Below, in pieces: positions 10,460-20,199 of a DNA stretch of 64,000 nt; position 1 is the first letter of the stretch, and each line of letters starts with the position of its first letter. Below the pieces are notes generated by a model that saw only the letters and a list, made by a program, of their open reading frames with translations, was not told where the DNA came from and did not search any database. The position numbers and the translations under genes are program-made. Origin of the DNA: an uncultured bacterium (lineage in GTDB: Bacteria; Vulcanimicrobiota; JAJTBE01; CAYNGH01); assembly GCA_964396845.1 (NCBI GenBank), contig CAYNGH010000001.1, positions 11,936 to 75,935 on the forward strand, given 5' to 3'.

Positions 10460-11362
10460 TTAGTTTCCGGGATTGCCCAGGCCGGATTCAAAGACCATTC
10501 CCATCCAGCCTTCCCGCAGGGAGGTCTTTAAAAGCTTCATTCCCAAATCCTCTCCCCGGCGGGTCATCTCCTCCACCCGGTCGGTGCCGATGGATCCGGT
10601 TATAAATAGTCCCCCCGGCGACAGGGACTCCCCTATCCGGTGGATTACTGACAAAATGAAGTCTGTATGGACATTAACCAGGATTATGTCGAAGGATCCC
10701 CGGATCTTTTCGAAGCCGTCACTGACGATATATTCCACCTGCCCGGTCATGTCATGGTATTTTTTTCTGGCGGTGGTGTAATTTTCCCGGCTCTCCCGGA
10801 TACATATGGGGTCATAGTCCGCCATCAGAATCTCCCCGGCCCCCATGCGGGATGCAACAATGCTGAGAATCCCCGATCCACAGCCCATATCCAGCAGACG
10901 GCAACCAGGCCGCATATATTCTTCGACCAGTTCAAGGGTCCCCGCAGTGGTGGGATGATAGCCGGACCCAAAAGCCATCCGGGGTTCGATTTCTATGACA
11001 ATATCCCCCGGCTCCGGCGGTAATTCATGATCTTTCCAGGGGGGTTTGATGACAATCCCACGGCCTATACGAGTTACCGGAAAGAACTGTTGCCAGGAAT
11101 GCGCCCAGTCCTGATCCTGAATTTCCCTGGTGACAACCCGGGTTTTATCCACAGAAAGAAGCTCTTCCAGTCGCCGAACATTTTCTTCTATCCCCTCCAT
11201 GTGGGGGATATAAACCATCAGCTTCACCTGGCCGTTTTCTTCTTCTTCTGCCCAGGACTGTATTTTCTGGCTCAGGAGAAGCCCCGTGAGATGGGGCAGG
11301 AAATCCTGCCGGGCAGTTATCTCCATCTCGTACCATTTTTGTATGTTTGTTGAACTGTTCAA
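10460..11362 (-). CDS. prmA: ribosomal protein L11 methyltransferase
   Basis: LLDMGCGSGILSIVASRMGAGEILMADYDPICI... plus the overall PrmA architecture; 300 aa. Confidence 0.85.
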   Translation of the reverse strand: MNSSTNIQKWYEMEITARQDFLPHLTGLLLSQKIQSWAEEEENGQVKLMVYIPHMEGIEENVRRLEELLSVDKTRVVTREIQDQDWAHSWQQFFPVTRIGRGIVIKPPWKDHELPPEPGDIVIEIEPRMAFGSGYHPTTAGTLELVEEYMRPGCRLLDMGCGSGILSIVASRMGAGEILMADYDPICIRESRENYTTARKKYHDMTGQVEYIVSDGFEKIRGSFDIILVNVHTDFILSVIHRIGESLSPGGLFITGSIGTDRVEEMTRRGEDLGMKLLKTSLREGWMGMVFESGLGNPGN

Positions 11363-11365
11363 AAG

Positions 11366-14359
11366 TCAATCCCTTTCGCCCTGCGGTGGCTGTTTGTTTT
11401 CCCTCAAGAGTTCCCAGAACCGCAGGGTCCCATCGTCGGAGGATGATACCAGCCACTTTCCTTCGGGGTGGAAGGCCAACCCGGTTATTTCGCTGGAATG
11501 CCCCCGGAGTACGTCGATATAATCGCCGGTTTTCGGGTTCCACAGGCTGATATTCCGGTCAAAGGAGCCTGAGGCCAAAATACTCCCGTCGGGAGAAAAC
11601 CTCACCGAGGTAACCCGCCATTTGTATGCCAGAATCTTGGTTTTCCGGGCCAGGGATGGGATGCTCAGAACCTCTATGACACAGGACCCCGCCCCAGATG
11701 AAAGAAACTCACCACATGGGGAAAAATCCAGCACAATCCCGAAGGCCCGGTATTGAACCAGAGAAGAGATTCGAGATCTTTTTTCAATATCCCACAGGAA
11801 TATCCTGTCATCATCATCCCCGGTGGCCAGGTATCGCCCCTTGGGATCCGTTGCAATTCCAGTTATCCGGCCCCGGTGATCCTTGATAGTCCAGTGGATT
11901 TCTGGTGTTTCTGTGTTCCAGGTTAACACTTTTCCCGTTGAATAGCCCGCAGTCACAAGGTTCCTCCCGGGGATGACCTCCAGACCTGTCACAGATCCGG
12001 CTTTCCCCTCCAGCACCTTGGCGCAACGGCCATTTTCTGCATCCCATATTCTCAAGGTTTCATCAGCAGACCCGGTAATCAGCCTCTTGTTGTTCAGGAA
12101 AGCCCCGGCGGTCACTTCGTCCCGGTGACCCTCCAAAGGTTCAAACCACTGGAGGTCTGTTGTTTTCATGACATATACCCTGCCGTCATCACTCCCAGTG
12201 GCCACAAGATTTCCATCGGGAGAAACTGCTACCCACAGGGGCGCGCCGGTGGGGATTTTTATTATCGGGCCGACCTTGTGAAAGCTTCCCTGGCCAGGGG
12301 GCAGGGTGCAGTCATGGGGCGGTTCTTTGCGGGCTTTCTGCAGGCATTGGGGAAAATCCCACAGCCGGGCGCACAAATCCCCGGAAACAGTTATCAGCTG
12401 ATTCCCCCTGGGAGAAAATCTCAGGCGGTTCACATTGAATATGTGCCATTCCAGGTATCCCACCTGCCAGTCATTCTGTATATCATAGACCCGCACCAGC
12501 CGATCCTGGGTGGATGCGGTCAGGTACCTGCCATCCTTTGAAAAGGCCAGCCCCGTCACCGCCAGAGGGACTGGAATGCGCCGGATTAAAGTCCCGTCGC
12601 CGGCCCTCCAGATGCCGATGAAAGCCTCGTCGCCTCCCCCGGCGATGATATCCCCATCGGGTGAAATCGCCACAGCCCGGATTCTCAGGGAGGATGCGTT
12701 TATTGTCTTGAGGATATTTCCTTTTTGATAATTTAGCACTATCACTTCGCCCATGTTGGTGCCTGAGGCCAGAAGATTGCCAGGCCCTGCCTTCAGGCCA
12801 GTGGGGTAAGAGTCCTGAAGCCTGATCCTGTTTTTCAGGCTCCCGATATTTGGATCCAGAATAAATATCTCGCCCCCGCTGGATGCCACTGCCACAAGGC
12901 TTCCTTCTTTTACCGGCTCCAAGGCATTCACCTCGATTCCATCGCCTCCGGGAAGAGAGAATGTCCTTTTCAGGGAACCTTGGGCAGGGTCCCACATTCT
13001 AAGGGTGCCATCCATGCCCCCGGTTACAACTATATTCCCGGCAAATACCGATGAAACCACCTGTCCCCGATGACCCTTCAGAATATGCAAAAGACGGCCA
13101 TCATTCACCTGCCACAACCGGGCAGTGCCGTCATCAGAGGCAGTCACCGCAAGACTGCCGTCGGGAGAGATGCTCCCGTCATTCAGAGCGCGACGGTGGC
13201 CTTCTAGAGCATTGTCATAATCCCGGAAAAACATATTCCCCCGGGCTATGGTCTGAGAGATTATATCCCGGGATCTGATGGGAACAACTCCTGACGGGAT
13301 GGGCTTCCTAACGATGGGTTCCCCCGGGGGGGATTCGTGGGGATCCGAGATGTTGAAAAAGTGTATGGATCCGTCCCGCATCCCCAAAAGCATCAATCCC
13401 CTGGCATGGTCAACAGCTGACGACTCAATGAATTCTTTTGTCTGGTAGGAATAAAGCTTGTCCCCTTCCGGCACTTTGTGAAAGAATGATTCTTTTTTAT
13501 TGCCGATGATCCCCAGGGTTCGATTTCCGGTAAAAACCACCTGCAATGCCTGACCCCATGGCCCCGGAGGAATCACCCCGGCAGGTATGGCCCTGTCCCC
13601 GGAGGTGTCCCACATAAATACCCCGCCTTCTTCACAGCCCGCCACCAGCAGGTGGGAATCAGGAGAAAAGGCCACCTGCCAGGCTTGATCCTGATGCTGG
13701 GTGAGAACTTCTATCCGCCCAAATGATTCTGCATCCCAGAGGCTGATGGTGTCATCATAACATCCCGCTGCCAGAAACCGGCCGTCGGGAGAAAAGGCGA
13801 TGGAATGAATGGCGTATATATGGCCCCGGAGGATCTGGATGGGTTTCATTTCCCGGTAATCCCAGAGCCGGATGAAATCATCCCCCCCGCCGGAAGCCAG
13901 AATCTTCCCGTCGGGGGAGAAGGCCACTGAGAACACCTCAAACAGGGATCCTTCCAGAACTCCCAGCAGACTGCCGGTTTTTGCATCCCATATCCTCACG
14001 GTGGTATCCTCGCCCCCCGAGGCCAGAATCTTCCCGTCGGGGGAGAAAGCCACCGACAGCACCGCCCCCCGGTGTCCCTGCAGGGTAAGAAGAACCTCGC
14101 CTTCAGTGTTACCGATGATGATATTCCCGTTTCGATGTCCGCCGGCAAAGAGTTTTCCCCCGGGAGATATGGCAAGGGTTGTCACCGCTGTCCTTTGAGG
14201 ATTGATACTTACGGGAGGCCGGGTTTCCAGGCGAAAAGAATCCCTGGGGGTTGGCCCTGTTTGGCGGAAACCGGGACAGCCTGACATAAACAGGAGGAAA
14301 AGAGCAATACCGGCAGTCAGGATAATGATGGGGACTGTCCTTTTGACTGGATGTTTCAA
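11366..14359 (-). CDS. WD40-repeat lipoprotein (997 aa, >14 WD repeats)
   Basis: Lipoprotein-like N-terminus ...LFLLFMSGC. Recurrent WD40 signatures such as LASGGEDTTVRIWD, LASGGGDDFIRLWD, VATGSDDGRVYV, LVSSSDDGTLRFWE. Confidence 0.85.
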   Translation of the reverse strand: MKHPVKRTVPIIILTAGIALFLLFMSGCPGFRQTGPTPRDSFRLETRPPVSINPQRTAVTTLAISPGGKLFAGGHRNGNIIIGNTEGEVLLTLQGHRGAVLSVAFSPDGKILASGGEDTTVRIWDAKTGSLLGVLEGSLFEVFSVAFSPDGKILASGGGDDFIRLWDYREMKPIQILRGHIYAIHSIAFSPDGRFLAAGCYDDTISLWDAESFGRIEVLTQHQDQAWQVAFSPDSHLLVAGCEEGGVFMWDTSGDRAIPAGVIPPGPWGQALQVVFTGNRTLGIIGNKKESFFHKVPEGDKLYSYQTKEFIESSAVDHARGLMLLGMRDGSIHFFNISDPHESPPGEPIVRKPIPSGVVPIRSRDIISQTIARGNMFFRDYDNALEGHRRALNDGSISPDGSLAVTASDDGTARLWQVNDGRLLHILKGHRGQVVSSVFAGNIVVTGGMDGTLRMWDPAQGSLKRTFSLPGGDGIEVNALEPVKEGSLVAVASSGGEIFILDPNIGSLKNRIRLQDSYPTGLKAGPGNLLASGTNMGEVIVLNYQKGNILKTINASSLRIRAVAISPDGDIIAGGGDEAFIGIWRAGDGTLIRRIPVPLAVTGLAFSKDGRYLTASTQDRLVRVYDIQNDWQVGYLEWHIFNVNRLRFSPRGNQLITVSGDLCARLWDFPQCLQKARKEPPHDCTLPPGQGSFHKVGPIIKIPTGAPLWVAVSPDGNLVATGSDDGRVYVMKTTDLQWFEPLEGHRDEVTAGAFLNNKRLITGSADETLRIWDAENGRCAKVLEGKAGSVTGLEVIPGRNLVTAGYSTGKVLTWNTETPEIHWTIKDHRGRITGIATDPKGRYLATGDDDDRIFLWDIEKRSRISSLVQYRAFGIVLDFSPCGEFLSSGAGSCVIEVLSIPSLARKTKILAYKWRVTSVRFSPDGSILASGSFDRNISLWNPKTGDYIDVLRGHSSEITGLAFHPEGKWLVSSSDDGTLRFWELLRENKQPPQGERD

Positions 14360-14365
14360 ATCAGA

Positions 14366-15115
14366 TCAAATCTCTTCAGGCTCGATTTCCGGTATGTCAA
14401 AATCATAGGAAGGCTCCGGCTCCGGGGTTCCCTCATCATCGGGATCGGGGATGATAAAATCATCGTGGGTGGTGGATGGCTCCGGCGTATCAGGATCCCC
14501 GGTCACCCTGCCCTTGCTGTCGCTGGTCTTTTCAGTCTGTTTCCCGCCCTGTTCTGCGACCCAGTCCTGGGCATACCACTGGAGGATAACATCCCGGAGA
14601 TTGTTGACCTGTTTTTGTGAAACCCACTGGGGATCCCCGAAAGGTTCTTCGAAAACCTGATTCCCGTCGAGGTTCTTCAACAGGGGAGGGAACTCCAGGG
14701 CCACCTGGGCCGGCTCATGCACCTGAATCTGAGTGCCGACTCGGGTAAAGTTAACTCCATCCAGCAAATATTTTGTGTTGCCCCGGTACTGGATTAATAC
14801 CCTGTCGAATTTCTGCCGGTTCAAGGCCCGGGCATATTCAAAGAAGAAGTAAAGGGGGGTCAGCTCGTCGGGGCGGTCAATTTTCTTGAGGTTGAACACC
14901 AGGGTTCCTGTCTGCATAAACCCGCCATAAGAAGCCTCGGCGCTGATTTCCTTGAACTTTTCTTCTTTTTCCCGGATCTCCTCCAGAGGCCGTCGGATGT
15001 TGGAATGCTCGTAATTGGACCAGCCAGCGGACATTACAATCAGGGCCACTGCCACGATTACCGCTGCCTTTCCATATGCAAAAACCTTGCTGTCCATATA
15101 TCCCTTCACCGCCAA
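14366..15115 (-). CDS. hypothetical membrane-anchored protein with an acidic Pro/Glu/Asp-rich C-terminal tail
   Basis: N-terminal TM (AAVIVAVALIVMSAGW). C-terminus DPDTPEPSTTHDDFIIPDPDDEGTPEPEPSYDFDIPEIEPEEI. It sits 7 nt upstream of the WD40 gene on the same strand. Confidence 0.5.
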   Translation of the reverse strand: MAVKGYMDSKVFAYGKAAVIVAVALIVMSAGWSNYEHSNIRRPLEEIREKEEKFKEISAEASYGGFMQTGTLVFNLKKIDRPDELTPLYFFFEYARALNRQKFDRVLIQYRGNTKYLLDGVNFTRVGTQIQVHEPAQVALEFPPLLKNLDGNQVFEEPFGDPQWVSQKQVNNLRDVILQWYAQDWVAEQGGKQTEKTSDSKGRVTGDPDTPEPSTTHDDFIIPDPDDEGTPEPEPSYDFDIPEIEPEEI

Positions 15116-15224
15116 TGCATAAATCCGGTATCATTCAACCGGTCATTTTTTCCGTTTCCTGCATGATTATAATTTGCCGGCGCGGGTATAAAAACCTGCC
15201 CTGGCCAGTGTCGCCCCGTTGAGA

Positions 15225-17012
15225 TTAACGGTAGAACACTAACTGATACATGTCCCCCAGTTTTTTGAATATGGGAATGAACACCTGACGGATAATCTCA
15301 TCCGGGGTTCTCTCGTCATTTCTCTCCCTTTTGAATTCTTCCGCCATCTGAGCCACCGTCAGTTTTCCCGAGGACAGCTCGTATGTCAGGATCTCCTCGG
15401 GCTGGGAAAGAACTGCATCCACAGTAGTCCGGGGAAGGATCAGGGATGTCCCGTCGGAAGAATACTCCCTGGGTTCATGCACCCGCTGGGCATACCACCG
15501 GGAAAGGCCTTCAAGGGGGATTTCACTGAACATCCGGTAACGGGGAGATTCAAGATAACGAAAGAATGCCGTCAGGGCTTCTCTCTTGCTCAGGAAGTGA
15601 AGATACCAGAGGCTGGACAGTCCATAATGCCAGGCCCATTGGAAATGAATCCCCAGCATGTCGATGGGGATTTTTGGGACAAGGCTCTCCATGACCGACT
15701 CCACCCGCCCGAAGAATCGCCGTTGCAGGTCCCGAATGCCGTTAATGCTGAAGGTTTCCGTGGTCATGTGGACATCAGACAAAGTCAGTCCCTTGACAAA
15801 GCGGTCGTCCACCACATTCAGGCCATATCTGCCGGGATCTTTGGCAATGGCGGTGCCGGGATAAGGCCCCATGTAAAAGGCGTTCACCTCGACGCATCCC
15901 GGCGCAGCGGACAGAAGCTCTTCTGCCAGATCCTCGGTGGCCCGGTATGTTTCCTCGTCCTCAAATGGGCCTCCCAGGATGAAGTTCCCGATGAGGCACA
16001 TTCCCCGGGTTTTCCATACCTGCTCAACAACCCGGCGGGTCATGTCATGGTTTATCTGTTTGCCGTATATGTCCAGGATCTTCTGGTGTCCTGATTCAAG
16101 CCCCACCTGAAGCCGGGCCAGCCCGGCTCCTGCCAGGGCGGGAATCATTTCCGGGTGCCTGTCCATAATGTCAACCCTGCCCTGACAGAAGAAAATAAAG
16201 TCCCGGTTGAAATCTCGGCGGTAATCCACCAGCTCCCGGGCAATCTGCTGGACTCTTTTGGGGTTGGAAATAAAGGTGTCGTCGATTATATCAAAGGCCC
16301 GGTATGGATGGGACTCCAGGTTGGATATGATCTCTTCAGTCACCTTGTGTGGACTCCGGTGACGGTATTTGAGGCCGTGGACTCCCTGAAAGCAGAAAAG
16401 GCAGTTATAGGGACAGCCCCGCCCCGACACCACGTGGAATATCTTCTGAATCCCCGCCAGGGAATGATCCGGAAAGGGGAGGATATCCAGATCCTTTATG
16501 GGTTCTGCCGGGGGGTTTGTGATTATTTTGTCGCCCTTCCGGTATATCAGGCCGGGAATTTGGGAGTAATCCCCCTTTTTGTTTATCCTGCAATCCGCCA
16601 GGCCCATGATGGCTTCTTCCCCTTCTCCCACCACGCAGGCATCAATGGCGGGATCTTCCAGCATGCCGGCTCCCAGACTGGTGGCCAGAGGCCCCCCCAC
16701 CACTGTCAGGATTCCTGGGGCCCAGTGCTTGATTTCCCCTGCCATGTGGCAAACCTGCCGGTGATTGTCGGACACGGTATAAAAGCCGGCAATGGCTGGA
16801 CGATCCATCAGAAAAACCTTTCGAATCTCATGATGTGTCATATGGTAGAGCTGATGAATTCCCAGGCATTTCACCCGGTAACCCCCATCCCGGAGAACTG
16901 TGGCCATGGACAGCAGACCCATGTTGTAATAACTGTATTCAATGTTGAATGCGGAATCCAGGTGGAGAAGAATCACCTGGGGCCGTTGGTTGATTCTGTT
17001 GAATTTATTCAA
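15225..17012 (-). CDS. B12-binding radical SAM protein (595 aa) with ~200-aa C-terminal extension (DUF4070-like)
   Basis: N-terminal cobalamin-binding fold (GGPLATSLG...VVGEGEEA), radical-SAM Cys triad GRGCPYNCLFCFQGVHG, long C-terminal helical region. Confidence 0.85.
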   Translation of the reverse strand: MNKFNRINQRPQVILLHLDSAFNIEYSYYNMGLLSMATVLRDGGYRVKCLGIHQLYHMTHHEIRKVFLMDRPAIAGFYTVSDNHRQVCHMAGEIKHWAPGILTVVGGPLATSLGAGMLEDPAIDACVVGEGEEAIMGLADCRINKKGDYSQIPGLIYRKGDKIITNPPAEPIKDLDILPFPDHSLAGIQKIFHVVSGRGCPYNCLFCFQGVHGLKYRHRSPHKVTEEIISNLESHPYRAFDIIDDTFISNPKRVQQIARELVDYRRDFNRDFIFFCQGRVDIMDRHPEMIPALAGAGLARLQVGLESGHQKILDIYGKQINHDMTRRVVEQVWKTRGMCLIGNFILGGPFEDEETYRATEDLAEELLSAAPGCVEVNAFYMGPYPGTAIAKDPGRYGLNVVDDRFVKGLTLSDVHMTTETFSINGIRDLQRRFFGRVESVMESLVPKIPIDMLGIHFQWAWHYGLSSLWYLHFLSKREALTAFFRYLESPRYRMFSEIPLEGLSRWYAQRVHEPREYSSDGTSLILPRTTVDAVLSQPEEILTYELSSGKLTVAQMAEEFKRERNDERTPDEIIRQVFIPIFKKLGDMYQLVFYR

Positions 17013-17023
17013 AGGATCCCCCT

Positions 17024-18847
17024 TTACATTTTGAAGAAAAGTACCTGATATGTCCTGTCCAGTTTCCGGAGGGCGGGGATGAAATACTTTTTTATCACCG
17101 TATCCCTGTCAAGGTCGGTGCCGGTGCGAAGGATGAACTGATCCACCATCTCCCCGACAGTAATTTTTCCCGATGAAAGCTCGTATATCAGTTTTTCATG
17201 TTCCTTCCTCAGGTGGTATCTGGCCACGGTGGGGGGGAGAATAATCTTACTGCCGTCGGAGGAGTAATAGCGGACTTCCTGAACCCGCATCACAGTGTAG
17301 TCCATCAGGTCATCGGGATGGATTCCATCGAAGATTTCAAAGCGATCGCTGGTGAGATACTTGAAATAGTTGGAAAGATCCCGCCGGGTTGCCAGAAACA
17401 CCGAATGCCACAGGCTTCCCGCACCGTAATTCCAACTCCAGTGATAATGGGTCGCCAGCATTAACCGGGGGATTTTCTTTAAACTTCTCCGCATGTGATC
17501 AGTGACTTCGCCATAGAATTTTATCCGGAGCCTGCGAAGAGTGTTAACATCCAGATGTTCCGTGGTCATGTGGACATCCGATGCGGAAAGCCCCGTGACA
17601 AAAGTCCCTTCGATGGGGGTCAGGCCGTATCTTTCGGGACTTTTCTCGATGGGAGTGCCGGGATATGGACACAGGAACCCTGCGTTTATCTCTACCACTC
17701 CCGGCGCCAGGGATATGAGCTCCTTGGCCAGATCTATGCTTGCCTGAACGGTTTCTTCGCTTTCGCCGGGCCCCCCCAGGATGATATTCCCCACCAGGGT
17801 CATTCCTCCGGTGTCCGCCACTAATTTTGTCACTTTCTTTATCTGATCGATGGTAATCTTCTTCCTGTAAGCCTTGAGCATGTCCGGATCCCCCGATTCG
17901 ATGCCTATTTGCAGCCGGGCAAGACCCGCCTCGTTGAGGGCGGGGATCATCTCCGGATGCCGGGAAATCTGATCCACCCGGCCCTGGCAGAAGAAAAGAA
18001 AGTCCCGGCCCGATTCCTCCCGATATTTTTTCAGCCTCTTGGCAAATTCCATGACCCGGCGGTGATCCGACACGAAGGTGTCATCGATTATGTCAAAGTA
18101 ACGGCTGTTGTATTTCTCGATGTTGTGGACTATCTCATCCATCAGGTTATCAACGCTTCTGAGGCGGAACTTGAGGCCGTGGACTCCCTGAAAACAAAAG
18201 ATGCAGTTGTGGGGACATCCCCGGCCCGACACCAGGTGAAAGAAATCTTGAGCCCCTGCCAGATCGTAATCGGGGAAGGGCAAACTGTCCAGATCCCCGA
18301 TGGGTGGAGCCGGGGGATTCTGTCGGACTCTGCCTCCCTCCCGCCATATCAGGCCGGGAATATCACTCAGGGCGCCGGTGGATTCTTTTTTCCAGCGCAT
18401 CAGGGCCAGCATGGCTTCCTCCCCTTCTCCCACCACCGCCATGTCAAAATCCCCGCAGTCCATTATCTCCGTTCCCAGACTGGTGGCCAGGGGGCCTCCC
18501 ACGATGATTATGGTCCCGGGACTCCACCGGCGGACCTGCCGGGCCAGACGGCTTACCTGTTCAATGTTATCGGAGATGGTATAAAACCCGGCAAAGACTG
18601 GTTTTGACAGGCTGAATGTTCTTCGCATATCTCCGGTGGATATCTCAAAAAGCTGATAACCCCCAAGACACCGAACATTATAGCCTTCCCGATCCAGGAG
18701 GGTCGCCATGTAAAGAAGCCCCATATTAAAATATTGATTCTTTAGGTTGTAAAAAGTGGTGGGGTTCATAAAAACCACGTCCAGAGGCGGGTTTGATTTT
18801 TTCAAGCTCTTTACCCGGTCGCCGATTTTCATCAATTCCTCCAACAT
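17024..18847 (-). CDS. B12-binding radical SAM protein (607 aa), paralog of the adjacent gene
   Basis: Same architecture and shared blocks (GGPLATSLG, VVGEGEEAM, GRGCPHNCIFCFQGVHGLKFR, FFCQGRVD). By eye it is ~45-50% identical to 15225..17012. Confidence 0.85.
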   Translation of the reverse strand: MLEELMKIGDRVKSLKKSNPPLDVVFMNPTTFYNLKNQYFNMGLLYMATLLDREGYNVRCLGGYQLFEISTGDMRRTFSLSKPVFAGFYTISDNIEQVSRLARQVRRWSPGTIIIVGGPLATSLGTEIMDCGDFDMAVVGEGEEAMLALMRWKKESTGALSDIPGLIWREGGRVRQNPPAPPIGDLDSLPFPDYDLAGAQDFFHLVSGRGCPHNCIFCFQGVHGLKFRLRSVDNLMDEIVHNIEKYNSRYFDIIDDTFVSDHRRVMEFAKRLKKYREESGRDFLFFCQGRVDQISRHPEMIPALNEAGLARLQIGIESGDPDMLKAYRKKITIDQIKKVTKLVADTGGMTLVGNIILGGPGESEETVQASIDLAKELISLAPGVVEINAGFLCPYPGTPIEKSPERYGLTPIEGTFVTGLSASDVHMTTEHLDVNTLRRLRIKFYGEVTDHMRRSLKKIPRLMLATHYHWSWNYGAGSLWHSVFLATRRDLSNYFKYLTSDRFEIFDGIHPDDLMDYTVMRVQEVRYYSSDGSKIILPPTVARYHLRKEHEKLIYELSSGKITVGEMVDQFILRTGTDLDRDTVIKKYFIPALRKLDRTYQVLFFKM

Positions 18848-18899
18848 TTTTTTGGACTATATTCTGTTTGCAAAGTCGATTTGCTGTTGTGACTTAATC

Positions 18900-20069
18900 T
18901 TATTTTCCCGGGGCTACTGGTTCAGGCCGATACCTGTTCACCCGGCGGAAATCGGGCTTTCCCCGGAGATATGGAAAGGACTGGATTATCATCTCACCAT
19001 CCTTGATGGCAGCGACAGACCCCGTAAGGGAGCTGCTTTCCAAAAAGTCCCGATCCAACTCCCTGCCGAATCCCGGCCTGGCAAAGGTCGCATCAGAGTC
19101 CCTGCCGGAAAGCTTAAGCCCTCCCATGGATTCAACAGCCAAGGGAGCCGGTATGAACAACATTCGAGGATGGAAAAATTCCATTGCTCCCTGGAACATA
19201 TGATGGAGGGCTGTTGCACCCCAGCCGGTGGAAGGTTCTCCCCGGAGGGCCAGAATGAAATCTTTGTAATTTTTCAGGAGATCACATATCCCCAAGAGGT
19301 TTGCCATGCCTCCATCCCGTCCCGGCCTGAACACAATGCCGTCAAAGGCTCGGCACGAGAGCAACTCCCGGGCCATCTCCCGGCTGGCAGAAAACCCGTC
19401 AAACAAGACGGGGCAGGAGATTCCTTCATCCCGGAGGGCTTTTTTCAGCTTTCGGGTCATGGAGAAATGATCCCGGTGAAAGGGCTGGATGACTGCAGAA
19501 GTTTTATCCAGCATATTGGCACAGCTTATCATGAACTGATCCGGGGAGTCGAAGAGGCCCCTGCCATCGATTATCACCGTATCATCAGTGCATTCCACTT
19601 CACCCCCGAGGATTTGTTCCCCGGTGGTCACAGGATAAGGCTCATCTGCCGGGGAGAATTCTTTCAGAGGCGCAAGCCACAGGTACTCACGCATCAAGGA
19701 GCAAACCGGTAGATTCAGGAACCGCCCCAAAAGATCAAAGAGGGCCGAGTCCAGGGCACATATGGCGGAACCCATCCCATGACGGAGTGACGAGGCTTCA
19801 CCGGTCAGGTCAATGATATCGTCAGCGGTAAAAAAACTTCTCCCCATAATTGCCGGGGCAACCCTCCGCATCATGTCGTCGTCGGCAATCTCCCGGGTCT
19901 GGCCGGTCACGGCGGGATCCCCTGTGGGGCCTTCCCCCCAGCCTTCGATAATGTCTTCCCCTGCCCGGGCCGCCACCCGCACCATGATGTTCTCAATGAT
20001 GGGTGAATCTCCGCCTGTCCCGTGGCTGAAGGAATAAACCTCCACCCTTTTTATCACAGGTCCTTGCAT
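18900..20069 (-). CDS. enolase-superfamily-like protein (mandelate racemase/muconate-lactonizing N-terminal-like fold); function unknown
   Basis: The N-terminal pattern IKRVEVYSF...IMVRVAARAGEDIIEGWGEG...MGSAICALDSALFDLLGRFLNLPV resembles MR/MLE capping-domain motifs. I could not verify the barrel catalytic residues. Confidence 0.45.
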   Translation of the reverse strand: MQGPVIKRVEVYSFSHGTGGDSPIIENIMVRVAARAGEDIIEGWGEGPTGDPAVTGQTREIADDDMMRRVAPAIMGRSFFTADDIIDLTGEASSLRHGMGSAICALDSALFDLLGRFLNLPVCSLMREYLWLAPLKEFSPADEPYPVTTGEQILGGEVECTDDTVIIDGRGLFDSPDQFMISCANMLDKTSAVIQPFHRDHFSMTRKLKKALRDEGISCPVLFDGFSASREMARELLSCRAFDGIVFRPGRDGGMANLLGICDLLKNYKDFILALRGEPSTGWGATALHHMFQGAMEFFHPRMLFIPAPLAVESMGGLKLSGRDSDATFARPGFGRELDRDFLESSSLTGSVAAIKDGEMIIQSFPYLRGKPDFRRVNRYRPEPVAPGK

Positions 20070-20199
20070 TTTATGCCTCCGGAATCGGTTTTCTTGTTTT
20101 TCTTCCCCGGCGGTTGATACTCCTTGGCAGGCGATGCATAAAATAATTAAAAGGAGCGGTGCCAGACCGCCCCTCTATTGGTTTTTCCTGAGTAGTTGC

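Noticed and set aside
20100-20199. TGGCAC-like motifs near 20125 (plus) and 20150 (minus) as sigma-54 promoters. Also TGGCAA N5 near 4370 upstream of rpoD.
   Set aside because: The spacing to a GC -12 element does not fit TGGCAC-N5-TTGC. The plus-strand candidate near 20125 would drive transcription away from any gene. These are chance matches.
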